DNA of 64,000 nt, from NCBI RefSeq assembly GCF_056746865.1, contig NZ_CM163382.1. The stretch is one strand, 5' to 3'. Shown one piece after another: positions 29,242 to 39,402 of the stretch (positions are counted from its first letter, which is position 1; each line of letters opens with the position of its first letter). A program made the position numbers and the translations under genes. The notes under the pieces are model-generated. The model searched no databases. It was given only the letters and a program-made list of their open reading frames with translations, and was not told where the DNA came from.

Positions 29242-30308
29242 CGGGAAAATTTCTGCAGCAAAGAGAAGTCGCGTGCGACCAGCATCAGCAGGCCCATTAG
29301 CATGAGTCCGGGTACTAACCACAAACCAGGAATGAGGGGAATCGCGCCGTTAGCCACCAGCGTACGGCAGACGTCACCGCCATAAAAAATGGCAATAAAC
29401 AGCAACGTCAGTGGCAATAACGTTGAAAATCGCCCTTGCCGCGGTTTTACCCGACTTAATGAAATGGCCAGCAGCGCCATCAACAATGCGGTCAGGCCAC
29501 GGCTTTGCCGCCATTGCAGTTCGGCATGATCGGCTGGAAAGACGGAGCGCGCCAGCTCCGTGACCGATTTCGCTTTGCGTTTGACGTTAGGGCTTTGATC
29601 CAGCGGATTCAGATGTAATTGCAGATTACGGTAGATCTGTTCGTTGTCATCACGCCCCTGATGATCGATAAGATAGGCAGTGCCGTTGTGCAACATAACG
29701 GTCGGTTTCTCGGGTGATGGGTCAATCACATCAACCGAACGGGCGCGGAAAATGCGGGTTCGATTGGCAGTAGAAGTATAAATCAGCGCGTCAGTCAGGC
29801 GATTATTATCCTGATCAACCGTCTGCGAAAGGATCATTCGTCCGTTATCGTTAGTGTTAAATTTCTTTGCCCGCAACTGGCGAACATCCAGCTCCGACTG
29901 CGACTGCTGCTCCAGTTGATAAATCTGCGCATAAGCCCACGGACGACCATACATCGACAGAAGGGTGACAAAAATACTTAGCGGTATCGCCAGATAAAGA
30001 ACGGCTTTGTACAAGCGTCCCGGACTGCCCCCCGCCGCAGAGATAGCGGTAATTTCCGAGTCGGTATACATCTGCCCTAGCGTCACGCCAACTGACACAT
30101 ACAGACCAACAGGTAACAACATCTCCAGTGCAATCAGTACTTTGTAGAAAACGATATCCAGCACAACATCAAGAGCTAATGTCCCATTTGCCGCTTCGGT
30201 CAGATAACGCTGTGCGGAGTAGCTGGCGAAAATAAAGATCAGAAAACCGACGATAATCAGCACCAGACGGCGCGTACCACGCATGATGTAGTGTTCAACC
30301 AGCTTCAT
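29238..30308 (-). CDS. LptF-like permease (YjgP/YjgQ family)
   Basis: 356 aa MKLVEHYIMRGTRRLVLIIVGFLIFIFASYSAQRYL...; same family as adjacent gene, forming an LptF/LptG-type pair. Confidence 0.7.
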   Translation of the reverse strand: MKLVEHYIMRGTRRLVLIIVGFLIFIFASYSAQRYLTEAANGTLALDVVLDIVFYKVLIALEMLLPVGLYVSVGVTLGQMYTDSEITAISAAGGSPGRLYKAVLYLAIPLSIFVTLLSMYGRPWAYAQIYQLEQQSQSELDVRQLRAKKFNTNDNGRMILSQTVDQDNNRLTDALIYTSTANRTRIFRARSVDVIDPSPEKPTVMLHNGTAYLIDHQGRDDNEQIYRNLQLHLNPLDQSPNVKRKAKSVTELARSVFPADHAELQWRQSRGLTALLMALLAISLSRVKPRQGRFSTLLPLTLLFIAIFYGGDVCRTLVANGAIPLIPGLWLVPGLMLMGLLMLVARDFSLLQKFSR

Positions 30309-30338
30309 CTCACTAACGCCCTCAATCCTTTGAGTTTT

Positions 30339-30902
30339 TTATTCATTGATCAGTTTCTGCGCCAACGCAATGACATGATCTACCTCTTCCGGCGTCAGGC
30401 TGCCGTCCTTTGCCCACTGAATTTGCCCGGCTTTATTCAGCACCAGAATGGTTGAACTCTGCTCCGGCAAGCGCCAGGCAACGCGTCCCTGTCCATTGCC
30501 GTCAATAACGAATTGCGCCCACGGATAGCGGCGTTTATTTTTTTCGATTTTGCCAACAACAAAATAGCCAGTACCAAAGATGGCATCATCGGTGTTCACA
30601 ATGGTGGTGGGCTGAAAACGATCCTGCGGAAAGTTTGCCGCTTCAACCGCTTTAATTAACAGTGAGTTCTTTTTCTTCGCCGACTTACGCCCGGCGATAT
30701 ACTGAATAATGCGGACTTTTCCCGCTAATTGTGTGCTGTTCCACTTTTGGTAGTGAATTTCGTCGTCGCTATTCAGAAGCAGCTCGCCGCCTTCCTGGAT
30801 ATAAACAGGGGTAACCGTTTTGCCAGTGACGAAATTGTGTGCCTGCACACCCGGGGCTAAGAGCATGATAATCAACGCAATAATCAAACGAGATGACATC
30901 AT
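30339..30902 (-). CDS. YtfJ-family periplasmic protein (paralog)
   Basis: 187 aa, signal peptide MMSSRLIIALIIMLLAPGVQA; overall similarity to E. coli YtfJ recalled (TTIVNTDDAI, YPWAQFVID, QWAKDGSLTPEEV). Confidence 0.6.
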   Translation of the reverse strand: MMSSRLIIALIIMLLAPGVQAHNFVTGKTVTPVYIQEGGELLLNSDDEIHYQKWNSTQLAGKVRIIQYIAGRKSAKKKNSLLIKAVEAANFPQDRFQPTTIVNTDDAIFGTGYFVVGKIEKNKRRYPWAQFVIDGNGQGRVAWRLPEQSSTILVLNKAGQIQWAKDGSLTPEEVDHVIALAQKLINE

Positions 30903-30910
30903 TGCTCCGG

Positions 30911-31735
30911 CTATAGCGGAAAACGCGAAATCAGCAGCTCTAAGCGCTGACGAATATCGCTATCCAGCGCCACCGGTGCATCATACGACTGGCGGTTTTC
31001 CATATCATCCGCCACCATGTCGTCGTGTTTATCTCCCATCAGGCCATTAATGGCGGCGAGGAAGCGGGATATCTGTAACGCCTCTTTATTTTCAGGATCA
31101 AGCGATCTTAAGGTGTCGTAATAAGAAACCTGCTGGCTGATGATTTTTCGCACATCATGAAATTCCCTACCGGTTAGTCGCGGTTTGGCAATAATCTCTT
31201 TCAGGGTATGCATTTGCTTTTGCCGATAGGCAATAAAACTGCTTACGCTTTCTAACTGGCTATGGCGTAATGAATAGTTCACCAACGACCAGACCGGAGA
31301 GCTTAAATAAATCCGTAACAGGTTGCCGTAATACGACACAATATTTTTCTTACCGTTACGAAAGCCGTCCTGAAAACGCCCCAGAAAAACGGTCGTTTTG
31401 CCGAATAAAAATCCGGCCTGATGCTTCTTTAAATACAGCCGTTGCGCAAAACGCAGGTGCTTGTAGCGCGCTCGCATGTATTTAAATTGTTTGCGCTCAT
31501 CAGCAGTCAGCTCATCGCCTTTGGCTTGTTTGCGAACTAAACGCAGTAACTCCTGACGATCAACGCCATTGAGCCAGAATTGCAGGCATAACGCGTAATT
31601 ATCATGAATGATTTCGGTGGTACAACTTAGTGCAATAGTCGGCGGCAAACTAACCTGTGCATCAACGACATCATCTTCTTCAATCGCAACAAATAGACGC
31701 TCGCTCGCCTCAAGCGGGAAATATTTTCTCATCAT
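30911..31735 (-). CDS. Hypothetical protein (274 aa), no family recognised
   Basis: Intact ORF in operon register between yghQ and the ytfJ-like gene; hydrophilic, no recognisable motif. Confidence 0.5.
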   Translation of the reverse strand: MMRKYFPLEASERLFVAIEEDDVVDAQVSLPPTIALSCTTEIIHDNYALCLQFWLNGVDRQELLRLVRKQAKGDELTADERKQFKYMRARYKHLRFAQRLYLKKHQAGFLFGKTTVFLGRFQDGFRNGKKNIVSYYGNLLRIYLSSPVWSLVNYSLRHSQLESVSSFIAYRQKQMHTLKEIIAKPRLTGREFHDVRKIISQQVSYYDTLRSLDPENKEALQISRFLAAINGLMGDKHDDMVADDMENRQSYDAPVALDSDIRQRLELLISRFPL

Positions 31736-33084
31736 CAGGATTTCTCTCCGGCTGCGTTATAAAGCAAGGAATGGCGCTGAAAAAATGCCTTTAAGGTTGG
31801 AATTAACGAGAGCGCCACGTCCAGACATTGCCCACCGAAGTAAGCAAACGCTGCTCCCAGCACACCAAACAGATGACAGAACATGAACAGCAATACGATG
31901 TAGCCGATTGAGGCGATGGTTTGCGCCACGAGAAAAGCGCGCTGTTTTCCCGCCATCAATAGCAATGACTCCTGAGGGAAGCCCAGCATCGAAATCACAA
32001 TTGCGCCCAGCATCACCTGAATCAGGTCATACGCTTCGAGATACTTAACGCCAAACACCAGCGAAATGAGCGGCTTGCCGACGATCAACACCGCGAGCGC
32101 CACCAGAATACCGATTCCGCCCGCCAGTAAACCGGACTTCACACCTAACAACCACGGTCTGGTGGTGCGCGGATCTAAACGCATCACCTCTGGGTAAAAA
32201 CTTTTACCAAGCAAACCCGCTGGCGTTCCGGCGGCGTCGAAGAATGTCATGGCGATTTTAAATAACCCGGCGGCAGCGGGTCCTAACACGATCCCCACCA
32301 ACACTGTGCTGCACGAGTTACGCGCCGACCAGATGGAGTGGGCAATGTTGGTTGACCAGACAAAACTCCACGCGCCTTTAATGTGTCGGGCAGACTCAAA
32401 CAGATTCAATTTGAAGGCGTTATGGATATTTCGGCGGCGTAATTCGCGCGCGGCAAACCACCAGTACATGGTGCCGCCAACCAGATTCGACACGTACCAG
32501 GCAATAACAAAACCCGCAAAACCAAAGTCAAAATACCAGGCTACGACGCTCCCCGCTGCGCGCAGAAAAGGTTTCGTCGCCTGCTGTACAGCAATTAAAT
32601 CGAAGCGATCTACCGCACGCAGAATGCCGGTCGGCGTGGAGGAAGCCATTGAAGGAATGAGCGTGCAATAGAGCGCTGCCAGCCAAAAACTTTGGTCATC
32701 CAGACCTAATGAATGGGAAAGGAATGGCAGTAAGGCAATGCCACCGACAATCGCCACCGCGCCGCTGACGATATCCAGCGAGAAGGAAAATGAGACGACA
32801 TTGCGGAATTGCTGCGGATTATTGTTGGTTAATGCTGGTGTTCCGTACTGAACCACCAGTTGCCATGTCTGAAACTTAATAAAATCGCTGATCGACTTGG
32901 CGTACGATTGCACAATCACCAGTACGCCAAACATGGCGGGCGTCATCCCTTTACCGGCACACGAGAGCGCCAACAGACCCAGCAAGGCGCTCACGACATT
33001 ACTGGAGCCTAACCAGGCGCTATTGCGAATAATGGTGCGAAACGCGCCATCTGCAAACCAATGTTTGATGTTAAAACCCGCCAA
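31735..33084 (-). CDS. yghQ: YghQ: polytopic membrane protein, MOP/Wzx-like flippase superfamily
   Basis: 449-aa multi-TM ORF; ORF track start may be non-ATG; longer than the K-12 YghQ I recall, consistent with K-12 being truncated by IS insertion (recollection). Confidence 0.7.
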   Translation of the reverse strand: MAGFNIKHWFADGAFRTIIRNSAWLGSSNVVSALLGLLALSCAGKGMTPAMFGVLVIVQSYAKSISDFIKFQTWQLVVQYGTPALTNNNPQQFRNVVSFSFSLDIVSGAVAIVGGIALLPFLSHSLGLDDQSFWLAALYCTLIPSMASSTPTGILRAVDRFDLIAVQQATKPFLRAAGSVVAWYFDFGFAGFVIAWYVSNLVGGTMYWWFAARELRRRNIHNAFKLNLFESARHIKGAWSFVWSTNIAHSIWSARNSCSTVLVGIVLGPAAAGLFKIAMTFFDAAGTPAGLLGKSFYPEVMRLDPRTTRPWLLGVKSGLLAGGIGILVALAVLIVGKPLISLVFGVKYLEAYDLIQVMLGAIVISMLGFPQESLLLMAGKQRAFLVAQTIASIGYIVLLFMFCHLFGVLGAAFAYFGGQCLDVALSLIPTLKAFFQRHSLLYNAAGEKS

Positions 33085-33129
33085 TTCAGCCTGACCTTAT
33101 CGTTGATAGTAAAAAGTATCCCGCCAGCC

Positions 33130-33888
33130 TTAAGTTAAACTTCGGCGGTCAGAAACGATGGCAACCAGAGAAACCGCCTTCTGTGCCTGTTCCAGCACTT
33201 CGCTGTAGGGCGCTCTGGAATCAATCTCAAGAATTTTTGTGCCGTTATAGCCAATCTTCGACATGACACCGATTTTGTCCTGCAGCTCGGCATAGTCATG
33301 GTCAGGCTTGCGGGAGATGGCAGTCTCAATATCAATGCCCAGGCGAATAATTAATTCCGGGCGATATTGCGCCATTTGTTGGTATAAACGCCGTTCGCGC
33401 TGCGCCAGAAACATGCTGATTTTCCCGGTCGCACGTTCGACGCCAATCCCCGGTCCATCATAATAAAAGCCCGAAATTTCAGCCTGCGGGAAGCGATCGC
33501 TGACCACCAGAACGCCACTTTGCGCCAGTCGCTGAACCTTGCGTAGATTCGCCATTCTTCGCAGCGAGAAGCAGTACATAATCACCGCCGCCCATAGCGC
33601 CGGAGATTTGGTTTTCATGCTTTGGGTTTTCGAGGATTTGGCCGCCAGTCGCCGTTCCAGCCAGACGCCAACCAACGGCAATCGTTTGATTTTGTCGCCG
33701 TCTTCGCCGGAGAGCAGCCCCAGATAGCGCCGCTCGGTTTGCCAGTGTTGTTGCAGCGATTTCACCAGGTCGGTGGTCAGTGTGGATTTACCGGTGCCAT
33801 CACACCCGACCACCGCAATCAGCCCCGGAATGTAGTTGGGCTGCGGCGCGGTTGTACTATTAACAGTTTGAGTTTGTAGTGCATCCAT
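33130..33888 (-). CDS. yghR: YghR: P-loop NTPase, nucleotide/nucleoside-kinase-like
   Basis: 252 aa; Walker A VGCDGTGKST; conserved SDRFPQ and RKPDH motifs shared with yghS and yghT. Confidence 0.8.
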   Translation of the reverse strand: MDALQTQTVNSTTAPQPNYIPGLIAVVGCDGTGKSTLTTDLVKSLQQHWQTERRYLGLLSGEDGDKIKRLPLVGVWLERRLAAKSSKTQSMKTKSPALWAAVIMYCFSLRRMANLRKVQRLAQSGVLVVSDRFPQAEISGFYYDGPGIGVERATGKISMFLAQRERRLYQQMAQYRPELIIRLGIDIETAISRKPDHDYAELQDKIGVMSKIGYNGTKILEIDSRAPYSEVLEQAQKAVSLVAIVSDRRSLT

Positions 33889-33919
33889 TCGTTAAATCAT
33901 CCCCTATCCATTTTGGTGA

Positions 33920-34633
33920 TCAGGAAAGCGCGGCGTGAATTGCGCGTTGTGACGCTTGCAGAATTTCATCGGCGGGGTGTCGCCCATCCAGTTCAAGGAT
34001 CTTTGCGCCATTGAATGTCAGTTGCGGCGTAACGGCGATTTTTTCCTGTAACGCTGCCAGTTGGTGGTCAGGTTTACGCGCAAACGCGGTTTGTTCATCA
34101 ATGCCAAGACGAATCAACAATACGGGCAAATAAGATGCCATCCATTGGTACAGCTTCAGCTCGCGCTGCCTTAACATTTTTATCCAACCGTTACCGCCCG
34201 TGGTTTTTGCCAATTGCGGGCCATCAAAGCGAAACCCCGGCACTTCAACCTGCGGGTAGCGGTCGGTGATGAGCAGAAAGCCTTGCTGGCTTTTACACAA
34301 CATTTTGCGAAACTTGTACGCCCGCCAGCAGGAAAGCAGATAGATAACCAGTGCAGTAATATTGCCAGGCGGTGTTGAGGGCTTTTCGTGCACATGTGCC
34401 GCTTTACTTCGCAGATAACGCCCAAAAGGTGCGCCAATAACAGGGAGCTGTGAAATCCATTCGCCAATTCGCCCGGACGATTGCCCGAGATAAATGTGTT
34501 CTGTTGGCATTCTTGCTGCCAGTTCATTTACCAGGCTTGCCGTGAGGGTCGATTTACCTGAACCATCACATCCTACAATGGCAATAACACGCACTGGCGT
34601 GGAATTAATTATTGACATATTACGTTGATTCAC
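33920..34633 (-). CDS. yghS: YghS: P-loop NTPase paralog
   Basis: 237 aa; Walker A VGCDGSGKST; TDRYPQ, RKPDH. Confidence 0.8.
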   Translation of the reverse strand: MNQRNMSIINSTPVRVIAIVGCDGSGKSTLTASLVNELAARMPTEHIYLGQSSGRIGEWISQLPVIGAPFGRYLRSKAAHVHEKPSTPPGNITALVIYLLSCWRAYKFRKMLCKSQQGFLLITDRYPQVEVPGFRFDGPQLAKTTGGNGWIKMLRQRELKLYQWMASYLPVLLIRLGIDEQTAFARKPDHQLAALQEKIAVTPQLTFNGAKILELDGRHPADEILQASQRAIHAALS

Positions 34634-34806
34634 GAAAAACCCGGCAGTAAATAATGTATTGAATATTACGTGGTCCGTGCTCAGAATATCCGTTCAACCT
34701 TATTGTGACAATGGTTAATTGTGACATTGACCTGAATTACGCTTTCATAAAAACATATTAACCAAATAAATATTTTTAATGGATATTTAAATTAAAGGAT
34801 ATATTC

Positions 34807-35499
34807 ATGCAGTCAATAACACCTCCATTAATTGCCGTTATTGGTAGCGATGGTTCAGGCAAGTCAACGGTGTGTGAACATCTTATTACCGTTGTCGAAA
34901 AATATGGTGCTGCCGAAAGAGTTCATTTAGGAAAACAGGCCGGAAATGTCGGTCGTGCAGTGACAAAATTACCGTTGATGGGAAAATCCTTACATAAAAC
35001 AATTGAACGAAATCAGGTGAAAACAGCAAAAAAATTGCCTGGACCAGTTCCGGCGCTGGTAATTACAGCGTTTGTCGCCCGTCGCTTACTGCGCTTTCGT
35101 CATATGCTTGCCTGTCGTCGTCGCGGGTTAATTGTTCTAACCGACCGTTATCCTCAGGACCAAATTCCTGGCGCTTACGATGGTACGGTGTTCCCACCTA
35201 ACGTTGAAGGTGGTCGTTTTGTCTCATGGCTGGCAAGCCAGGAACGTAAAGCGTTTCACTGGATGGCGAGCCATAAGCCTGATCTGGTCATCAAACTCAA
35301 TGTTGACCTTGAAGTTGCCTGTGCACGTAAACCCGACCATAAACGGGAATCGCTGGCGAGGAAGATTGCCATAACGCCACAGTTAACCTTTGGTGGTGCA
35401 CAACTGGTTGATATCGATGCCAATCAGCCACTGGAACAGGTGTTGGTTGATGCAGAAAAAGCGATTACGGATTTTATGACCGCGCGTGGTTATCACTAG
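34807..35499 (+). CDS. yghT: YghT: P-loop NTPase paralog (divergent orientation)
   Basis: 230 aa; Walker [22 protein letters not shown]. Confidence 0.8.
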
Positions 35500-35547
35500 T
35501 CAAAAATGGAAATGCCCGATCGCCAGGACCGGGCATTTTCAGGAAGG

Positions 35548-37047
35548 TTAAATCAACTGCAATGCTATCCAGTACAGCCCACCAGAAAGAAAAATTGCCG
35601 CCGGTAAAGTAAATACCCACGCCATCAGGATGCTGGTTACCGTTTTACGCTGTAACCCACCGCCGTCCACCACCATCGTCCCTGCAACTGCAGACGAGAG
35701 GACGTGTGTTGTGGAGACGGGCATCCCAATATAACTGGCAAGACCGATAGACACTGCCGCCGTCATTTGTGCCGCCATGCCTTGCGCATACGTCATGCCG
35801 CGCTTACCAATCTTCTCACCGATGGTCATCGCTACACGACGCCAGCCAATCATGGTGCCAATGCCGAGCGCCAGTGCTACCGCCATGATGATCCACACCG
35901 GAGCGTACTCAATGGTGCTTAACATATCGCTGCGAAGTTTTTTCAGCAGGTTCTGGTCTTCTTTACTGACGCCTGGCAGTTTCGCTAGCTTCGCGGAGGT
36001 ATCAGAGATGCACAGCATAATGCGGCGCAGCTGGCTGCGCTGACTCACGCTTAACGGCTCGTAACTTTCCATATTGCCTGGCAGCATCGTTTTAACGCGC
36101 GCAATAGCATCAAAGGTATTTGCCGGATGACAGTGAAACTCTGTTACTTGCGTGCCATCAGTCGATGCTGCAGGCAATGGAGGTTCCATCGCAATCAACT
36201 TCTGCGGCAGTTCAGGATGCTGTTGCAGGTAGTGTTCGAAGTTGGTAACGGCATCGCGGGTACGGGTAATTTCATAGCCGGACGCATTCATATTGACGAC
36301 GAAGCCAGCAGGGGCAATCCCCACCAGTACCAGCATTACCAGGCCGATCCCTTTTTGTCCGTCGTTCGCGCCGTGCGAAAACGCCACGCCCGCAGCGGAA
36401 ACAATCAGCGCAATACGCGTCCAGAATGGCGGTTTACGTTTGCCTTTTTTCTTTTTGCGATCTTCCGGAATGCGGTGAATACGGTCACGCTTTTTCGTCC
36501 CGCTCCAGTAGCGTCGCAGCAGGAATATCAGGCCTCCCGCAATGACCAGGCCGACGATAGGGGAAACAATCAGCGAGGAGAAAATTTTGGTCACTTCACG
36601 CAGGTTTAACGCATCCATCACCGATGAGCCGGTTAACAGCGCGTTGGTTAAACCGATGCCGATAATCGCACCAATCAAGGTGTGCGAACTGGAGGCCGGT
36701 AAACCGAAGAACCACGTTCCCAGGTTCCAGATAATCGCCGCCAGCAGCATGGAAAAGACCATCGCCAGGCCGTGGGTTGACCCCATATTCAGCAACAAAT
36801 CGGTTGGCAACATATGGACAATGGCATAGGCAACGCTAAGTCCGCCCAATAACACGCCAAAAAAGTTAAAAAATGCCGCCATCACCACAGCAAGTTGTGG
36901 TTGCATGGCACGAGTATAAATAACGGCTGCCACCGCATTCGCCGTGTCATGAAAACCATTGATTGCTTCGTAGAACAACACAAATGCCAGAGCAAGCAAT
37001 AACAAAAGCCCTGTGTATATATCAAGGCCAACAAATAAATTTAGCAT
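35548..37047 (-). CDS. pitB: Low-affinity inorganic phosphate transporter (PiT family)
   Basis: 499-aa PiT-family membrane ORF with internal repeat and conserved GANDxxK (GANDGQKG); pitB rather than pitA assigned from gene context. Confidence 0.85.
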   Translation of the reverse strand: MLNLFVGLDIYTGLLLLLALAFVLFYEAINGFHDTANAVAAVIYTRAMQPQLAVVMAAFFNFFGVLLGGLSVAYAIVHMLPTDLLLNMGSTHGLAMVFSMLLAAIIWNLGTWFFGLPASSSHTLIGAIIGIGLTNALLTGSSVMDALNLREVTKIFSSLIVSPIVGLVIAGGLIFLLRRYWSGTKKRDRIHRIPEDRKKKKGKRKPPFWTRIALIVSAAGVAFSHGANDGQKGIGLVMLVLVGIAPAGFVVNMNASGYEITRTRDAVTNFEHYLQQHPELPQKLIAMEPPLPAASTDGTQVTEFHCHPANTFDAIARVKTMLPGNMESYEPLSVSQRSQLRRIMLCISDTSAKLAKLPGVSKEDQNLLKKLRSDMLSTIEYAPVWIIMAVALALGIGTMIGWRRVAMTIGEKIGKRGMTYAQGMAAQMTAAVSIGLASYIGMPVSTTHVLSSAVAGTMVVDGGGLQRKTVTSILMAWVFTLPAAIFLSGGLYWIALQLI

Positions 37048-37287
37048 ATATTAGATTACGCCATTTTGAATTTACGAACGGACGCATTATCAGTGACTTT
37101 AACGGCATGGGCAAAGTGAAATATCATTTTTTAACGATAAAAAGAGTGTTATTTCTTGTGTATCAGACAATAAGCATTCATTCAAAACCTTTAGAAATAA
37201 TCAAAACACAGGTATTCCACTGGTTAATATATTCACATATGAAATGAATAAATATTGGAATATATAAATATTGAATATTTTGATTAA

Positions 37288-37324
37288 TCCCCGTACTGAT
37301 TATTCTTCATAATCAGTACGGGGT
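37288..37324 (-). terminator. Intrinsic terminator downstream of gss
   Basis: Near-perfect inverted repeat CCCGTACTGATTAT-TCTTC-ATAATCAGTACGGG directly 3' of gss stop in an AT-rich spacer. Confidence 0.6.
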
Positions 37325-37338
37325 TGCTACAACATGTA

Positions 37339-39198
37339 TTACTTTTTCACCACAATTAACGGTTCAATATCACTCTCTTTTTTGATGACCAGTGATTCAT
37401 CACCGCGCAAACACGTCCCACCGTAGTTGCCGCCAACGGTGAAGGTACATACCTGAATGTATTTACCGTCCACTTTCGGCAAACACCACAGTTGCTGATA
37501 GATGTTTTTCTGCTCGGCAAATTTACCGCTGGTTTTGTCCAGCACCTCTTCATGATGGCTGACGAGGTCGATATTGCTGCCACAGCGACCGGCGATCGGT
37601 TTCACTGCGTAACCTGTTTTCACCAGTTCATCATTAACAGTGAAATCGGTATCCAGCAGGTAACGATGGTGCGGGAACAGCGACCAGAGGATCGGCAGAA
37701 TCGCTTTGTTGCCGGGGATCACCGTCCACAGCGGCTCAAAGACCAGCACTTCCGGGCGCAGCAATACGTCGATAAGACGCACTTCGTTTTGCGGATGACC
37801 GGTACGGATTGGCACCGCAGCAAACTCACGGTCGCTAACTTCACGAATCTGATCAAACGCGGTTTCCCACGCCCAGGTTTTCCACACGCAGTTAACCAGT
37901 CGCCCTTCCCCATCAATCAGTTGCCCGGCAGCATCCCAGCCCAGTTCATCCAATCCACGCAAGATACGCGTTTCAAAGCCCGCCTGGTGCAGCGCCTGCT
38001 CCATAAACTGCGCGTGATAGTTTTCCTCGATATCTTTGTCCTGCATGATATGGACAAACGGACGTGCACGACTGTGTTTCCAGGCACCAGCCAATTCGTT
38101 AATCAGCCCTTCCGCCGGATTGAAGCCGTTGCCTTTATAGCCCTGCTCCGCCCAACGTTCGAGGATCAAGCCCGCTTCGGTATGACAGGAGGCGGAGTCG
38201 GCGTTGTACTCGTAAACCTTCAGGCCACGCTCATCCATGCAGAAATCCATACGACCAGTGATCATATGGTGACGGCGACGCTGCCAGGAGAGACGCAAAC
38301 GTGGCCAGAGGATTTTCGGGATGTCGAACAGCGCCAGCAGGTTGTCATCTTTCAGCACCTTGTCGGTTGCGTGAAGATACATCAGGTGCAGCTCGTTGGT
38401 GGCTTTAATTAGCTCCTGCTCGGCACTCTCGGTAATGGTGTAGTAATGATAAGGATCCTGATTGATCACCTGACCGTTGGCCTGCACATAGGCGTTTTGC
38501 AGCGGATCTTTTTCATCCAGCCATTTACCGTCAAACTGGCCTTTGTTTTCCAGGCGCGCTCCGCTGATTTTCAGCAGCTCGCCTGCAATTTCCGGCTGCG
38601 GTAAGCTGTATTCAGTATCTTCCGTCTGGATCATCCAGCCCAGAATGGTGGTGTCATCAAAAGTGTCTTTCAGGGTATAGCAGCCGTTTTCGACCACCAT
38701 CTCCAGCTCGCGCGTCCACTGTTGCCCTTGCGGCAACGGGGAATGAATCACGTTCTGTTCCGCAATACGGACTTTGTTGCCATGCAATTGGGTAATGATG
38801 GCGACATGGCCAGTGTCTTTAAATTCACCGCCTTTATCCCAGATAAGAAGCGCACCCGCGACCGGCGCACGCGGCGAGCCGTTAGGAAATGCCTGCAATG
38901 GCAGGATGTTGTCATTAACCACTTCTCGCAGGAAGCGCAGCGAGAAAATCTCCCACGCCATACCCACGTCAGTAAAGACCACACCGTAATTCAGAAAGAG
39001 AAAACGGCGAGCAAATTCAACGCATTGCCACTTGTGGCCCATATATTCGTCGTCGATATAGCTACGGAATACGGCGTCATCTTCGTATTCCTGCGGATCG
39101 AGAGAACTGTAATCTGAAGAGTAGATTGCTACCCCACCTGGGGCGTAGCCCAATAATGTCCCGAACGGGGCATCCTGGCTGGTCGTTCCTTTGCTCAT
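37339..39198 (-). CDS. gss: Bifunctional glutathionylspermidine synthetase/amidase
   Basis: ORF 37339..39201; MSKGTTSQDAPFGTLLGYAPGGVAIYSSDYSS N-terminus with CHAP amidase domain (Cys in HKWQCVEFARRF); 619 aa. Confidence 0.9.
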   Translation of the reverse strand: MSKGTTSQDAPFGTLLGYAPGGVAIYSSDYSSLDPQEYEDDAVFRSYIDDEYMGHKWQCVEFARRFLFLNYGVVFTDVGMAWEIFSLRFLREVVNDNILPLQAFPNGSPRAPVAGALLIWDKGGEFKDTGHVAIITQLHGNKVRIAEQNVIHSPLPQGQQWTRELEMVVENGCYTLKDTFDDTTILGWMIQTEDTEYSLPQPEIAGELLKISGARLENKGQFDGKWLDEKDPLQNAYVQANGQVINQDPYHYYTITESAEQELIKATNELHLMYLHATDKVLKDDNLLALFDIPKILWPRLRLSWQRRRHHMITGRMDFCMDERGLKVYEYNADSASCHTEAGLILERWAEQGYKGNGFNPAEGLINELAGAWKHSRARPFVHIMQDKDIEENYHAQFMEQALHQAGFETRILRGLDELGWDAAGQLIDGEGRLVNCVWKTWAWETAFDQIREVSDREFAAVPIRTGHPQNEVRLIDVLLRPEVLVFEPLWTVIPGNKAILPILWSLFPHHRYLLDTDFTVNDELVKTGYAVKPIAGRCGSNIDLVSHHEEVLDKTSGKFAEQKNIYQQLWCLPKVDGKYIQVCTFTVGGNYGGTCLRGDESLVIKKESDIEPLIVVKK

Positions 39199-39402
39199 CA
39201 CTTTACCTTTAACAATACAACCTAAGCAGTTGGCGTAATTGTTGTGCTCTGATTACCTGCTCAGCGACATTAACCGGACAGAGGTCAGACTAATCATACA
39301 CCTCATCGCAGCGGCTGGCGCAAAGGGTTAAAAAATTCACATTCTGTACAGCAAGTGACCTGCTACACTGCTTCAACACTACCACTCAGAAGGCAACTCA
39401 CT

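Noticed and set aside
28162..30308. Calling the YjgP/YjgQ pair the housekeeping lptF/lptG
   Set aside because: The true lptFG lie elsewhere in the E. coli chromosome (near pepA, from memory); these are island-encoded paralogs, so no gene symbol is assigned.
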